This document shows, in pieces, positions 7,942-16,680 of a stretch of 35,282 bases of DNA. The notes beneath the pieces were generated by a model. The model worked only from the letters and a program-made list of their open reading frames with translations. It was not told where the DNA came from and did no database searches. A program made the translations under genes and the position numbers. Location of the stretch: positions 1-35,282 of the forward strand of contig JALOMD010000001.1 of NCBI GenBank assembly GCA_025455595.1, in the 5' to 3' direction. Position 1 is the first letter of the stretch, and the number at the start of each line of letters is the position of its first letter. The stretch is from Cytophagales bacterium. Its GTDB lineage: Bacteria; Bacteroidota; Bacteroidia; Cytophagales; 172606-1.

Positions 7942-8047
7942 AAGCCCCACCCCGGCCCTCCCCAAGGGGAGGAAGCGTTTTGGACAATTTTCGCCCAAAA
8001 CGCTTTCTCCTTCTCCCTCCCCTTGGGGAGGGCCGGGGTGGGGCTTT
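7941..8047. repeat. Family B GC-rich inverted repeat enclosing a family A REP, between convergent genes (possible bidirectional terminator)
   Basis: AAAGCCCCACCCCGGCCCTCCCCAAGGGGAGG ... CCTCCCCTTGGGGAGGGCCGGGGTGGGGCTTT are perfect complementary arms; AAGCGTTTTGGACA..GCCCAAAACGCTT lies in the loop. Confidence 0.85.
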
Positions 8048-8049
8048 TT

Positions 8050-8427
8050 CTACATTGGCCGTGAGTGTTCGGCTGCTCCGCGCGAGGGAGTCGTTTGCGT
8101 CATCAGCGAAGCTCCGATTTCAAACACACCCAACACCACGTGCGGCCAGAATACGTGTTCGCTGAAACCGAACAACCACGGCGAGGCAGCCAGCAGAATC
8201 CCCGAAAGCAAGTCGAACGTCAAGTGCGTGCGCATGGAAAACACTTTTGCCATGCCCCATTCGTAGTCCGTCAGCAGGCTGTACAAAATCGCCCCCGCCC
8301 CCAAAATCAACATAATCCAAGTCTCAGCCCCGCCTCGTCCGAATTTCATCATCCAAGGGGCGATAATCAACAAAGCTCCCGTCAGGTAGTCCAATGCACC
8401 ATGCATACGGGTGGAAATGAAGCGCAT
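8050..8427 (-). CDS. SPW-repeat small integral membrane protein
   Basis: HGALDY, IIAPW, LLTDYEWG, HLTFD, AASPWLFGF; about four hydrophobic helices. Confidence 0.8.
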   Translation of the reverse strand: MRFISTRMHGALDYLTGALLIIAPWMMKFGRGGAETWIMLILGAGAILYSLLTDYEWGMAKVFSMRTHLTFDLLSGILLAASPWLFGFSEHVFWPHVVLGVFEIGASLMTQTTPSRGAAEHSRPM

Positions 8428-8578
8428 ACGTCTTTCGTGATTAGGTTTGAATCAAATACCGTTTGGGGCAATTCTTGAAAAAAACGTGCCTTTTGCCCAA
8501 ACTTGCTTTTTGCGCCGACAAAGGCTATACTGCGTGAAAATTGTACTTATTTGAGGAAAGATGTAACGTTTCAAGAAC

Positions 8579-10150
8579 ATGAGAAAGCTCTTCATTCCGG
8601 TGTTGTTTTGTGGTCTGTTGGCATGTACCCAAACCGCCAAAAACGTAAGCACGGCCAGTATTCCTGCCGAGGTTCGCATGACCACCGACACTCTGCGTGA
8701 CAAAGTCATGGGTGGCTGGGCCGGACAGGTCATTGGCTGCACGTTCGGCGGGCCTACCGAGTTCCGCTTCCAAGGCACTATGATTCAAGACTATCAGCGT
8801 ATCCCTTGGTACGACGGCTACATCAAGCAGACCATGACCGACAATCCCGGCCTGTACGACGACATCTACATGGACTTGACTTTTGTGGATGTGTTTGAGA
8901 AACAGGGCCTTGACGCACCCGCCGAGGCCCACGCCAAGGCATACGCCCAGGCCGGATACATGCTATGGCATGCCAACCAAGCAGGCCGCTACAACGTGCT
9001 GCACGGCATCATGCCGCCGCAGTCAGGGCACTGGCTCAACAATCCGCACGCCGATGACATTGACTTCCAGATCGAGGCCGACTTTGCCGGGCTGATGAGT
9101 CCCGGAATGCCCAACACGGCTTCGGAAATCTCGGACAAAATCGGCCACATCATGAACTACGGCGACGGTTGGTACGGCGGCGTGTACATGGCGGCCATGT
9201 ATTCGTTGGCGTTCGTCTCAAACGACATTCAATTCATTGTCAAGGAGGGACTTAAGTCAATTCCGGCCCAAAGCCAGTTTTATCAATGCATTACCGACGT
9301 GATTGCGTGGCACGCAAAATATCCTGACGACTGGAAGGCCAATTGGTTCGAGATTGAGAAAAAATGGTCTTCGGACGTGGGCTGTCCGGACGGTGTGCTG
9401 GCCGCCTATAACATCGATGCGAAGATAAACGCCGCCTACGTGGTGCTGGGCTTGCTCTACGGCAACGGCGATTTTACCAAGACCTTGGAAATCAGCACCC
9501 GCGCCGGACAAGACTCTGACTGCAACCCGGCCTCGGCAGGCGGCATCTTGGGTACGATGCTCGGTTATGGCAAAATCCCCGACTACTGGAAAATGGGCCT
9601 GAAAGAAGCCGAAGGTCTTGATTTCAAATACACCACTGTGTCACTAAATGATGTCTATGAAATAGGCACCAAGCACGCCTTGGAAACCCTGAAACGCAAC
9701 GGCGGCAAAGTGGAAGGCGACAACGTGACCATAGCCGTGCAACAGCCCAAACCCGTGCGTTTGGAACAAGCCTTCGAAGGTCATTTTCCCGTTGAGAGAA
9801 AACGAGTGGACAAGAAACTTGCCAAACCGGGCGATGAAGCTGTGTTCGATTTTGAGGGAATCGGGTTCGTGCTGCGCGGCGGCAGCAATCAATCGTGGGA
9901 CGACACGACTAAACGCGCCTATATCGCCGAGGTGTTCATTGACGGAAAACTGGCCGAAACGGTTCACTTGCCGACTAATTACACCGAACGCCGCTACGAA
10001 GTTTGCTGGAAGTACCAAATGCCCAAAGGCAAGCACGCGGTACGGGTGCGCATCAAGGAAGGCAATTTCAAAGGAATAGAACTGGAGGTGCGTGACGCAA
10101 TCGTGTACGACGACAAGCCGTATGCAAAGTCGTTAGTAGTCAGTCGTTAG
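8579..10150 (+). CDS. ADP-ribosylglycohydrolase-family lipoprotein
   Basis: Lipobox LLAC; GGWAGQVIGCTFGGPTE, YDDIYMD, ADDIDFQ and GQDSDCNPASAGGILG motifs of the ARH/DraG fold; C-terminal beta domain. Confidence 0.82.
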   Translation: MRKLFIPVLFCGLLACTQTAKNVSTASIPAEVRMTTDTLRDKVMGGWAGQVIGCTFGGPTEFRFQGTMIQDYQRIPWYDGYIKQTMTDNPGLYDDIYMDLTFVDVFEKQGLDAPAEAHAKAYAQAGYMLWHANQAGRYNVLHGIMPPQSGHWLNNPHADDIDFQIEADFAGLMSPGMPNTASEISDKIGHIMNYGDGWYGGVYMAAMYSLAFVSNDIQFIVKEGLKSIPAQSQFYQCITDVIAWHAKYPDDWKANWFEIEKKWSSDVGCPDGVLAAYNIDAKINAAYVVLGLLYGNGDFTKTLEISTRAGQDSDCNPASAGGILGTMLGYGKIPDYWKMGLKEAEGLDFKYTTVSLNDVYEIGTKHALETLKRNGGKVEGDNVTIAVQQPKPVRLEQAFEGHFPVERKRVDKKLAKPGDEAVFDFEGIGFVLRGGSNQSWDDTTKRAYIAEVFIDGKLAETVHLPTNYTERRYEVCWKYQMPKGKHAVRVRIKEGNFKGIELEVRDAIVYDDKPYAKSLVVSR

Positions 10151-10330
10151 TGGTTGGCTTATCACTGGAGAAAAAAAGAAAGAGCGACCCAATCCCGGCG
10201 AACCCTCTTTTCTCTTTCTTCTTTTCTCTTTCGTCCAGTAGTGTGGTATCTTTTGTCAAATGAGTTTCTACAGGGCAGCCGCATGGACTGCCCCTGACCC
10301 TTGCAGACATGATGTTTTTACACGGAGCGG

Positions 10331-10430
10331 TGTCCCGACGAGTCGGGACGCTTGGGGGCACAGCCGCTTCAATAATCTGTTTCAGGCGTTCCCGTCGATT
10401 GCAGGATTTCTCGATTTTTGCTCAAAACGC
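10331..10430. repeat. Extended family A element (GTCCCGACGAGTCGGGAC core plus REP arm)
   Basis: Core shared with 19517-19533; ends in TTTTTGCTCAAAACGC. Confidence 0.65.
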
Positions 10431-10440
10431 TGCTTAACAA

Positions 10441-11670
10441 TCAACCGTTGTTCTGTTGCCCTTTTCGTTGCTCCCGTTTGAAAGGCCGTTTCTTAAACCG
10501 GCGTTTGTTTTGGCCTTCGGACGATTGGTGCGGAGCGGGGCCTAAATGCTCAGGCAGCGGCATTTTGGGGATTTCTTTTCCAATGAGCCGTTCAATGGCG
10601 GCCAGCTTGCGCCGGTCTCGGTCGTTGATGAACGTAATGGCCGTACCCGTAGTGGCCGCCCGCGCCGTGCGTCCGATGCGGTGTACGTAGTCTTCCGGGT
10701 CGTGCGGTGCGTTGAAGTTCACCACCAAGCTGATGCCTTCCACGTCAATGCCCCGCGAGAGGATGTCCGTTCCCACCAAAATCGGCAGCGTTTTGTTGCG
10801 GAAGTCGCGCAGCAAAGCCTCACGGTCTTTCTGCTCCAAGTCCGAGTGGAACGCCTCCGTGTTCAGGCCCATGCGTTTCAGTTCGCCGTTCAGTTTTTTT
10901 ACGTCTTCCTTTGTCGAAGCAAAAATAATGATGCTCGTGTATAGGTCGTCTTTGAGGATTTGCTTTAGTAGCGGTAGTTTTTGGTGGTCGGCAGCCAAGT
11001 AAGCCTGCTGCCGGATGCCCTCGGCAGGCTTGGCAATCGCGATGCTCACTTGTTCCGGATTGTGCAAAATCGTATTCGCCAGCGTGCGAATCTTCGGCGG
11101 CATCGTCGCGGAGAACAGCAACGTCTGCCGTTTCTTGGGCAAATCCCTGATGATGCGGATGATGTCTTCGTAAAAACCCATGTCCAACATCCGGTCGGCT
11201 TCGTCCAGCACCAAATGCTGCAACTTGTCGAAACGGATGGTGCCCATTTGCAACATCGCAATCAACCGGCCCGGCGTGGCAATCACAATATCGGCTCCTT
11301 GCAGCAAGGCTTTTTGCTGTTGGCTCCACGCCGCGCCGTCGCCTCCGCCGTACACCGGGATTGAACTTACGCCCGTAAAGTAGCCAAGCCCCTCCACTTG
11401 CTGGTCAATCTGCGTTGCCAGTTCACGAGTAGGGGCCAAAATCAAGGTGTTCAAGTGCCGTTCGTCTTCCGGTGTGTTGATGATACGGTTCAATACGGGG
11501 AGCAAGTAGGCCGCTGTTTTGCCCGTGCCGGTTTGGGCGCAGGCAATCAGGTCTTTGCCACGCAAAACCACCGGAATACTCTGTTGCTGGATGGGCGTCG
11601 GGGTGCGGTAGCCCATGGCTGTAAGCCCGTCGCTGAGGCGGGCATCAAATTGAAAATCGTCGAATGTCAA
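10441..11670 (-). CDS. DEAD-box ATP-dependent RNA helicase (RhlE-like)
   Basis: Q motif TPIQ, AQTGTGKT, PTRELA, TPGRL, DEAD, SAT, HRIGRTAR; TTG start. Confidence 0.95.
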   Translation of the reverse strand: MTFDDFQFDARLSDGLTAMGYRTPTPIQQQSIPVVLRGKDLIACAQTGTGKTAAYLLPVLNRIINTPEDERHLNTLILAPTRELATQIDQQVEGLGYFTGVSSIPVYGGGDGAAWSQQQKALLQGADIVIATPGRLIAMLQMGTIRFDKLQHLVLDEADRMLDMGFYEDIIRIIRDLPKKRQTLLFSATMPPKIRTLANTILHNPEQVSIAIAKPAEGIRQQAYLAADHQKLPLLKQILKDDLYTSIIIFASTKEDVKKLNGELKRMGLNTEAFHSDLEQKDREALLRDFRNKTLPILVGTDILSRGIDVEGISLVVNFNAPHDPEDYVHRIGRTARAATTGTAITFINDRDRRKLAAIERLIGKEIPKMPLPEHLGPAPHQSSEGQNKRRFKKRPFKREQRKGQQNNG

Positions 11671-11719
11671 GATAGTGAAGAATTAAAAATGCAGATGGCC
11701 GATATGGCCGCGTGCGAAA

Positions 11720-11727
11720 CAAAGCTA
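11720..11727 (-). promoter_or_regulatory. Bacteroidota sigma70 -7 element for the helicase
   Basis: TAGCTTTG on the minus strand, ~50 nt upstream of the start. Confidence 0.55.
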
Positions 11728-11796
11728 ATCGCCTGATTCACACTTCTTAATGTTGAACGCAAAAATAGCAGGTCTGCGTTCATCTTAACTAATTAC

Positions 11797-11827
11797 GGCG
11801 TTTTGGGTGTTTTTTGCCCAAAACGCC
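11797..11827. repeat. REP-like palindrome, family A
   Basis: GGCGTTTTGGGTGTTTTTTGCCCAAAACGCC. Confidence 0.85.
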
Positions 11828-11855
11828 TTTTGTCAGAATTGCCCAAGGACGAAAA

Positions 11856-11887
11856 CAAAAAGTCCCGCCCTTGCGGGACGGGACTTT
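11856..11887 (-). terminator. Rho-independent terminator (probable ancestral tRNA-Ala terminator)
   Basis: Minus strand AAAGTCCCGTCCC-GCAA-GGGCGGGACTTTTTG hairpin with U-tract, just past the duplicated tRNA end. Confidence 0.75.
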
Positions 11888-12056
11888 CCGAGAAGTGGAG
11901 CGTATCGGGTTTCTGAAAAACGCGCCAAATCCGTGTTCTTGGGCTTATTTTGAGTATCAGAGTTCCTATAATAATTCATAAATTGTTGAAAATCAAGGGA
12001 GTTTTCCTTTCGGGACAACAGGACTTTGGGACAAATCGCCCTGATTGTCTTCAGTA

Positions 12057-12245
12057 TCAGAAAGGGGCCGGTATCTCCAAGTCGGTACATATCTTTTTTG
12101 CCAAAAAACGCTTTATTTCACGGTGACGCGGTACGGTTGAGAATGCGCCGGTGGCCGGGTTGCGGTACACGGTGTGGCTGCCGCCTTCCCGGACGAACAC
12201 GCACCCGTGTTGCTCCAAGTGCCTGATCAAGTCGGCTCGTTTCAC
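12057..12245 (-). CDS. hicA: HicA-family toxin (mRNA interferase)
   Basis: 62 aa basic protein with REGGSHTVY and VPRHREI; GTG start overlaps the hicB stop (GTGA). Confidence 0.9.
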   Translation of the reverse strand: MKRADLIRHLEQHGCVFVREGGSHTVYRNPATGAFSTVPRHREIKRFLAKKICTDLEIPAPF

Positions 12246-12472
12246 GCGGCAAACTCCAAGTCCTCGGTAATCAGGTTTTGGCTTTGGGCTTTCTGCTGGG
12301 TCTGTTCCCGACGCACTTCCATCATCAAGGCTAATGCGTCAAGCAGGTTCGCCTTGGCTTCCTCCAGCGTCTCGCCTTGGCTGTTCACGCCCGGCATCTC
12401 GCCAATGTAGGCCACGTAGCCGCCTTCTTCGGCTGGCTCAAACACGGCGGTCATTTTTAGGTTCGTTTTCAT
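12242..12472 (-). CDS. hicB: HicB-family antitoxin, short form without a C-terminal DNA-binding domain
   Basis: EEGGYVAYIGEMPGVNSQGETLEEAKANLLDAL, the partial RNase H-fold HicB signature; 76 aa. Confidence 0.9.
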   Translation of the reverse strand: MKTNLKMTAVFEPAEEGGYVAYIGEMPGVNSQGETLEEAKANLLDALALMMEVRREQTQQKAQSQNLITEDLEFAA

Positions 12473-12542
12473 AAATGGGTTTGAAATTCAAATGATTTGT
12501 TCAGCGGAATAGTGAACAATTATTGCGGCAAGGACTGTATTT

Positions 12543-12881
12543 TCATGCCGCCCGGTTTTGTTGCAGATGGCGGTTGTGGCTTCGCAACCCTTGCTTCATT
12601 TGGTAGTATTCCAAATCGGCTTCGGTTGCCCGCCCGTTGATGATTCTGTCAAACAGCGGCTTGAAAGCGAGAAGCCGGTAGTAAGCCCGTTCCCAACCTT
12701 TGGCTACTGTTTCGGGAAACGCCCCGCCGACGAGCGGATTTGTGTCTTTTGTTTCCAATAAACGCCCGGCGACTTCTAACAGCAAACGGTAGGTGTTGGC
12801 TTGCGCAACAGTCAGTTGCATCACGTCAAACTCGTAATCGTCGGCTGCAGGCTCCTCGCTTTTTCCAAAGTTCGGTTTCAT
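12543..12881 (-). CDS. Hypothetical protein (island cargo)
   Basis: ~112 aa ORF from ATG 12881, co-oriented with hicBA; no motif recognised. Confidence 0.5.
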   Translation of the reverse strand: MKPNFGKSEEPAADDYEFDVMQLTVAQANTYRLLLEVAGRLLETKDTNPLVGGAFPETVAKGWERAYYRLLAFKPLFDRIINGRATEADLEYYQMKQGLRSHNRHLQQNRAA

Positions 12882-12915
12882 GGACAATCAGTGCCTTGTA
12901 CGACCGAAAAAGACA

Positions 12916-12947
12916 AAAACCCGCAAACTTGACGAATTTGCGGGTTT
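12916..12947 (-). terminator. Rho-independent terminator immediately after tRNA-Ala
   Basis: AAACCCGCAAA / TTTGCGGGTTT stem followed by a U-run on the minus strand. Confidence 0.75.
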
Positions 12948-13023
12948 GGTGGAGCGTATCGGAGTCGAACCGATGACCTCTACAATGCCATTGTAGCGCT
13001 CTAGCCAACTGAGCTAACACCCC
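12947..13023 (-). tRNA. tRNA-Ala (GGC)
   Basis: GGGGTGTTAGCTCAGTTGGCTAGAGCGCTACAATGGCATTGTAGAGGTCATCGGTTCGACTCCGATACGCTCCACCA: cloverleaf, G3:U70 identity pair, GGC anticodon, encoded CCA. Confidence 0.97.
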
Positions 13024-13033
13024 AAACGGACTG

Positions 13034-13064
13034 CAAATATACAAGCCGACTTAGATTTGTCAAA
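13034..13064 (-). promoter_or_regulatory. Bacteroidota sigma70 promoter for tRNA-Ala
   Basis: TTTG (-33), 19 nt, TATATTTG (-7) on the minus strand. Confidence 0.75.
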
Positions 13065-13151
13065 CGTGCGGCTGTAAAAAAATCTTTTTCCGATTCTTCC
13101 GCCACCCGATGTGTGTGGGAAATGCAATAACTTGCGCCGCTTTTCAGGCCC

Positions 13152-13182
13152 AGCGTTTTGAGCAAAAACTGCCCAAAACGCT
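13152..13182. repeat. REP-like palindrome, family A
   Basis: AGCGTTTTGAGCAAAAACTGCCCAAAACGCT. Confidence 0.85.
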
Positions 13183-13314
13183 TCGTAATTTGAATGGGCG
13201 TGGTATCACATCACGGTTCGTTATGACTTGCTGTAGTTACGTTGAGTGCAAGCGAGGATGCTTGTACCAGTTCGCTAATAATTCTGAACTCTGAATTCTT
13301 AATTCCAAATTAGA

Positions 13315-14457
13315 ATGAATCCTTTCGGTAGTCAATTTAAGCTGGGTATTTTGGGTGGCGGTCAGTTGGGCCGCATGATGATACAAGCGGCTGTTGATTT
13401 GAACACGCACATTTGTGTCATGGACGGCGATGCCGACGCGCCTTGCCGCCACTTGGCGCACGAGTTTGTCCACGGTTCGTTGTCTGATTTCGAGGCCGTT
13501 TATCGTTTCGGCAAAACCGTTGACGTGCTCACTATCGAAATTGAGCATGTGAACGTGGACGCATTGGATCAACTCCAAGCCGAAGGTGTGAAAGTGTACC
13601 CGCAGCCGGGAGTGATCCGTGTGATTCAGGACAAACGCGAGCAGAAGCAATTTTACCAAAAGCACGGCATTCCCACCGCCGATTTTATACTGACCGATAA
13701 CGCCAATGCCGTGGCCGCCCACGTCGGTTTTTTTCCGGCCTTCCAAAAACTCGGCAAGCACGGCTACGACGGTCGCGGTGTGCAGCGTATGGTTACCGCC
13801 GCCGACTTGCCCAAAGCCTTCGCCGAGCCGAGCTTGCTCGAAAAAGCCGTTGATTTCGAGAAAGAAATTGCGGTGATAGTGGCCCGCACCGTGGGCGGCG
13901 ACATGAGTACTTTCCCGGTTGTAGAACTGGTGTTTCATCCGGTTCACAATTTGGTTGAGTATTTGTTCGCCCCGGCTAATATTCCGGTGGCAATTGAGCA
14001 AGAGGCTCGCCGCGTGGCCTGTTTGGTGGCCGAAAAACTCGGTATAGTAGGTTTGCTCGCCGTGGAGATGTTCTTGACCAAAGACGGCCAAGTGCTCGTG
14101 AACGAGTCGGCTCCGCGTCCGCACAACAGCGGGCATCATACCATCCGCGCCAACCACACCTCGCAGTTCGAGCAACATTTGCGGGCTATCTTGGGCCTGC
14201 CCTTGGGCAGCACCGACACCCTTTCGCTGGCGGCCATGGTCAACCTGCTCGGTGAGCCGGGGCACAGCGGCGAGGCGTATTACGAAGGCATGAACCAAGT
14301 GTTGCAAACGCCGGGCGTGTATCCGCACTTGTATGGCAAACGATTTACCAAGCCTTTCCGTAAAATGGGCCATGTCACCATTCTGGACAACGATTTCGAC
14401 TCGCTTCGCCGCAAGGTGACGATGGTGCAGCAAACACTCAAAGTGACAAGCCGTTGA
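13315..14457 (+). CDS. purK: N5-carboxyaminoimidazole ribonucleotide synthase
   Basis: GILGGGQLGRMM, GYDGRG, NESAPRPHNSGH, RKMGHVT. Confidence 0.96.
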   Translation: MNPFGSQFKLGILGGGQLGRMMIQAAVDLNTHICVMDGDADAPCRHLAHEFVHGSLSDFEAVYRFGKTVDVLTIEIEHVNVDALDQLQAEGVKVYPQPGVIRVIQDKREQKQFYQKHGIPTADFILTDNANAVAAHVGFFPAFQKLGKHGYDGRGVQRMVTAADLPKAFAEPSLLEKAVDFEKEIAVIVARTVGGDMSTFPVVELVFHPVHNLVEYLFAPANIPVAIEQEARRVACLVAEKLGIVGLLAVEMFLTKDGQVLVNESAPRPHNSGHHTIRANHTSQFEQHLRAILGLPLGSTDTLSLAAMVNLLGEPGHSGEAYYEGMNQVLQTPGVYPHLYGKRFTKPFRKMGHVTILDNDFDSLRRKVTMVQQTLKVTSR

Positions 14458-14492
14458 AAAATCAAGCGTTTCGAGCAAAACCTATCTGCCCG

Positions 14493-14539
14493 TCCGCCGT
14501 GGCGTTTTGGACAAAAACCGCCCAAAACGCCACGGCGGA
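14493..14539. repeat. Family A REP with extended stem
   Basis: TCCGCCGTGGCGTTTTGG ... CCAAAACGCCACGGCGGA. Confidence 0.85.
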
Positions 14540-14706
14540 AAAATCTGATTGCGTCCTGCAACGTTTCAAACTCGGCTATTTGTTGAAATAAGAGAATAAA
14601 ATATTGTTTTCTCAACAAAAAATAGTAATTAAGCGTCCTGTTTGAGTCATTCTCCGCAGTTTTACTTTTTGCTTACCTCTCCGTTCTTTAATTCAACCAC
14701 GTCAGT

Positions 14707-15195
14707 ATGATAGGCATTATCATGGGCAGCGAGTCCGATTACCGGGTCATGTCCGAAGCAGCGAACATCTTGCAAGAACTCTCCATTCCTTATGAAATAT
14801 CCGTGGTTTCGGCCCACCGCACGCCGTTGCGCATGGTCGAGTATGCCCAAAATGCCCGTAACCGGGGCATAAAAGTCATCATTGCCGGGGCGGGCGGGGC
14901 GGCGCACCTGCCGGGCATGGTCGCTTCGCTGACCACACTGCCAGTGATCGGTGTTCCCGTCAAATCGTCGCATTCCACTGACGGCTGGGATTCTATTCTT
15001 TCTATCCTGCAAATGCCCGGCGGGGTGCCGGTGGCTACCGTGGCTTTGGACGGTGCCAAAAACGCAGGCATCTTGGCTGCGCAAATCCTCGGCGTGACCG
15101 ATGAAAAAATAGCCCAGCAACTGGCCGCCTACAAAGACGACCTCAAGCGGAAAGTCGAGAAAATGAACGATCGGCTCAACCAACCGCAAATGTAG
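14707..15195 (+). CDS. purE: N5-CAIR mutase
   Basis: IIMGSESD, VSAHRTP, AGAGGAAHLPGM, QMPGGVPVAT. Confidence 0.97.
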   Translation: MIGIIMGSESDYRVMSEAANILQELSIPYEISVVSAHRTPLRMVEYAQNARNRGIKVIIAGAGGAAHLPGMVASLTTLPVIGVPVKSSHSTDGWDSILSILQMPGGVPVATVALDGAKNAGILAAQILGVTDEKIAQQLAAYKDDLKRKVEKMNDRLNQPQM

Positions 15196-15289
15196 GGTGG
15201 TTGCGGAAAAGCGGTTTCTGGCTATAGCTTGCTGCGGCGTTTAGGCGTTTCGCCCACAACACTGGCGGCAAGCACTGCCTCATTATGCC

Positions 15290-15446
15290 CGTTTTGACCG
15301 TTTTTTGCCTGAAACGCTTGGCGGCGGAAGTTGTCTGAACAATTCATTGGCGTTTTCTGCTCGCAATGTCAACAGAATCCGCCCCAGCAATCCCATTCCT
15401 GCCAGTCTTGGGGCTTTCGTTTTGAGCATTTTTTGCCCAAAACGCC
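15290..15446. repeat. Two family A REP copies (15290-15317, 15418-15446)
   Basis: CGTTTTGACCGTTTTTTGCCTGAAACGC and CGTTTTGAGCATTTTTTGCCCAAAACGCC. Confidence 0.75.
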
Positions 15447-15515
15447 AATTTTTTTAACTTCCCAATCTGTTTGCCGACATCCAGTGTCCGGCATCCAGAA
15501 AATATTTGCCAGAAT

Positions 15516-15546
15516 TTTGCGGTTTTGGCAAAAACATCTACTTTTG
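15516..15546 (+). promoter_or_regulatory. Bacteroidota sigma70 promoter of the str operon
   Basis: TTTG, 19 nt, TACTTTTG; 50 nt upstream of rpsL. Confidence 0.8.
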
Positions 15547-15596
15547 CGTTCCCAAAATGAAAACGTATCGAGAATTCCCTAAAAATTGGTTTATAA

Positions 15597-16016
15597 ATGC
15601 CTACAATTCAGCAATTAGTACGTAAAGGAAGAACCCAACTGGAGTTCAAGTCCAAGTCGCCCGCTTTGGATTCCTGCCCGCAACGGCGCGGCGTTTGCAC
15701 CCGGGTGTACACTACTACGCCTAAGAAGCCGAACTCGGCCCTGCGCAAAGTGGCCCGTGTCCGCCTCACTAACCAAAAAGAAGTGAACGCCTACATTCCG
15801 GGCGAAGGCCACAACCTGCAAGAACACTCCATCGTGTTGATTCGCGGCGGACGGGTGAAAGACCTGCCGGGTGTTCGTTATCACATCGTGCGTGGTGCCT
15901 TGGATACTGCCGGCGTACAGAACCGTAAGCAAGGCCGCTCCAAGTACGGTGCCAAACGTCCGAAACCGGGCCAAGCAGCCGCGCCGACAAAAGGAGGCAA
16001 AGGTGGTAAAAAGTAA
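15597..16016 (+). CDS. rpsL: 30S ribosomal protein S12
   Basis: [34 protein letters not shown]. Confidence 0.99.
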   Translation: MPTIQQLVRKGRTQLEFKSKSPALDSCPQRRGVCTRVYTTTPKKPNSALRKVARVRLTNQKEVNAYIPGEGHNLQEHSIVLIRGGRVKDLPGVRYHIVRGALDTAGVQNRKQGRSKYGAKRPKPGQAAAPTKGGKGGKK

Positions 16017-16046
16017 GCAGGTATAGGCTCTTGATGCTTCGCAAGC

Positions 16047-16072
16047 CGTTTTGGGCGTTTTTTGCCTAAAAC
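16047..16072. repeat. REP-like palindrome, family A (rpsL-rpsG spacer)
   Basis: CGTTTTGGGCGTTTTTTGCCTAAAAC. Confidence 0.8.
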
Positions 16073-16212
16073 ACATGGTAATATCCGCCGAGCAACGTGT
16101 AGCCTTCAACCTTGAACTCGTAATATTTTATTTGTTTCACATATTCGAAAAATCGTGAGTATTCGGCGGGATACTGCCGGAGAAGCGTTGCAACGACACA
16201 CACGAGAAAATC

Positions 16213-16680
16213 ATGAGAAAGTCCAAGCCCAAAAAACGTTACGTGTTGCCTGATCCGAAGTTCAAGGATGTGTTGGTGACCAAATTTGTGAATTCCCTGA
16301 TGTATGAAGGCAAGAAGAGCATTGCCTACAGCATTTTTTACGATGCCGTTGACTTGGTTGCAAGCCGCACCAACGAGAACGGTCTGGATGCCTTCCGCAA
16401 AGCACTGAACAACATCATGCCTACCGTGGAGGTTCGCAGCCGCCGCGTGGGTGGTGCCACTTTTCAAGTGCCTACCGAAGTTCGTCCTGAGCGTCGTCAG
16501 GCATTGGGCATCAAATGGATGATTCTGTATGCGCGTCGTCGTGGTGAAAAAACCATGACCGAGCGGCTGGCCGGCGAAATCATTGCTGCCGCCAAAGGCG
16601 AAGGTGCTGCTGTGAAGAAAAAAGACGACACCCACCGCATGGCTGATGCCAACAAGGCCTTCTCGCACTTCCGTTTCTGA
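16213..16680 (+). CDS. rpsG: 30S ribosomal protein S7
   Basis: EVRSRRVGGATFQVP, THRMADANKAFSHFRF. Confidence 0.99.
   Translation: MRKSKPKKRYVLPDPKFKDVLVTKFVNSLMYEGKKSIAYSIFYDAVDLVASRTNENGLDAFRKALNNIMPTVEVRSRRVGGATFQVPTEVRPERRQALGIKWMILYARRRGEKTMTERLAGEIIAAAKGEGAAVKKKDDTHRMADANKAFSHFRF

Larger units (their letters stand above)
11895..12962. mobile_element. Miniature tRNA-Ala-integrated island (no integrase) bounded by 14 bp att-like direct repeats
   Basis: GTGGAGCGTATCGG occurs at 11895-11908 and at 12949-12962 (tRNA 3' end); cargo is hicBA plus an orphan ORF. Confidence 0.72.

Noticed and set aside
11833-12090. 85 aa minus-strand ORF crossing the att repeat (possible recombinase remnant)
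   Set aside because: It overlaps hicA, the att site and the terminator, and has no integrase or serine recombinase motifs.
15597-16016. Streptomycin-resistance substitutions in S12
   Set aside because: The PKKPNS and RVKDLP motifs are wild type.
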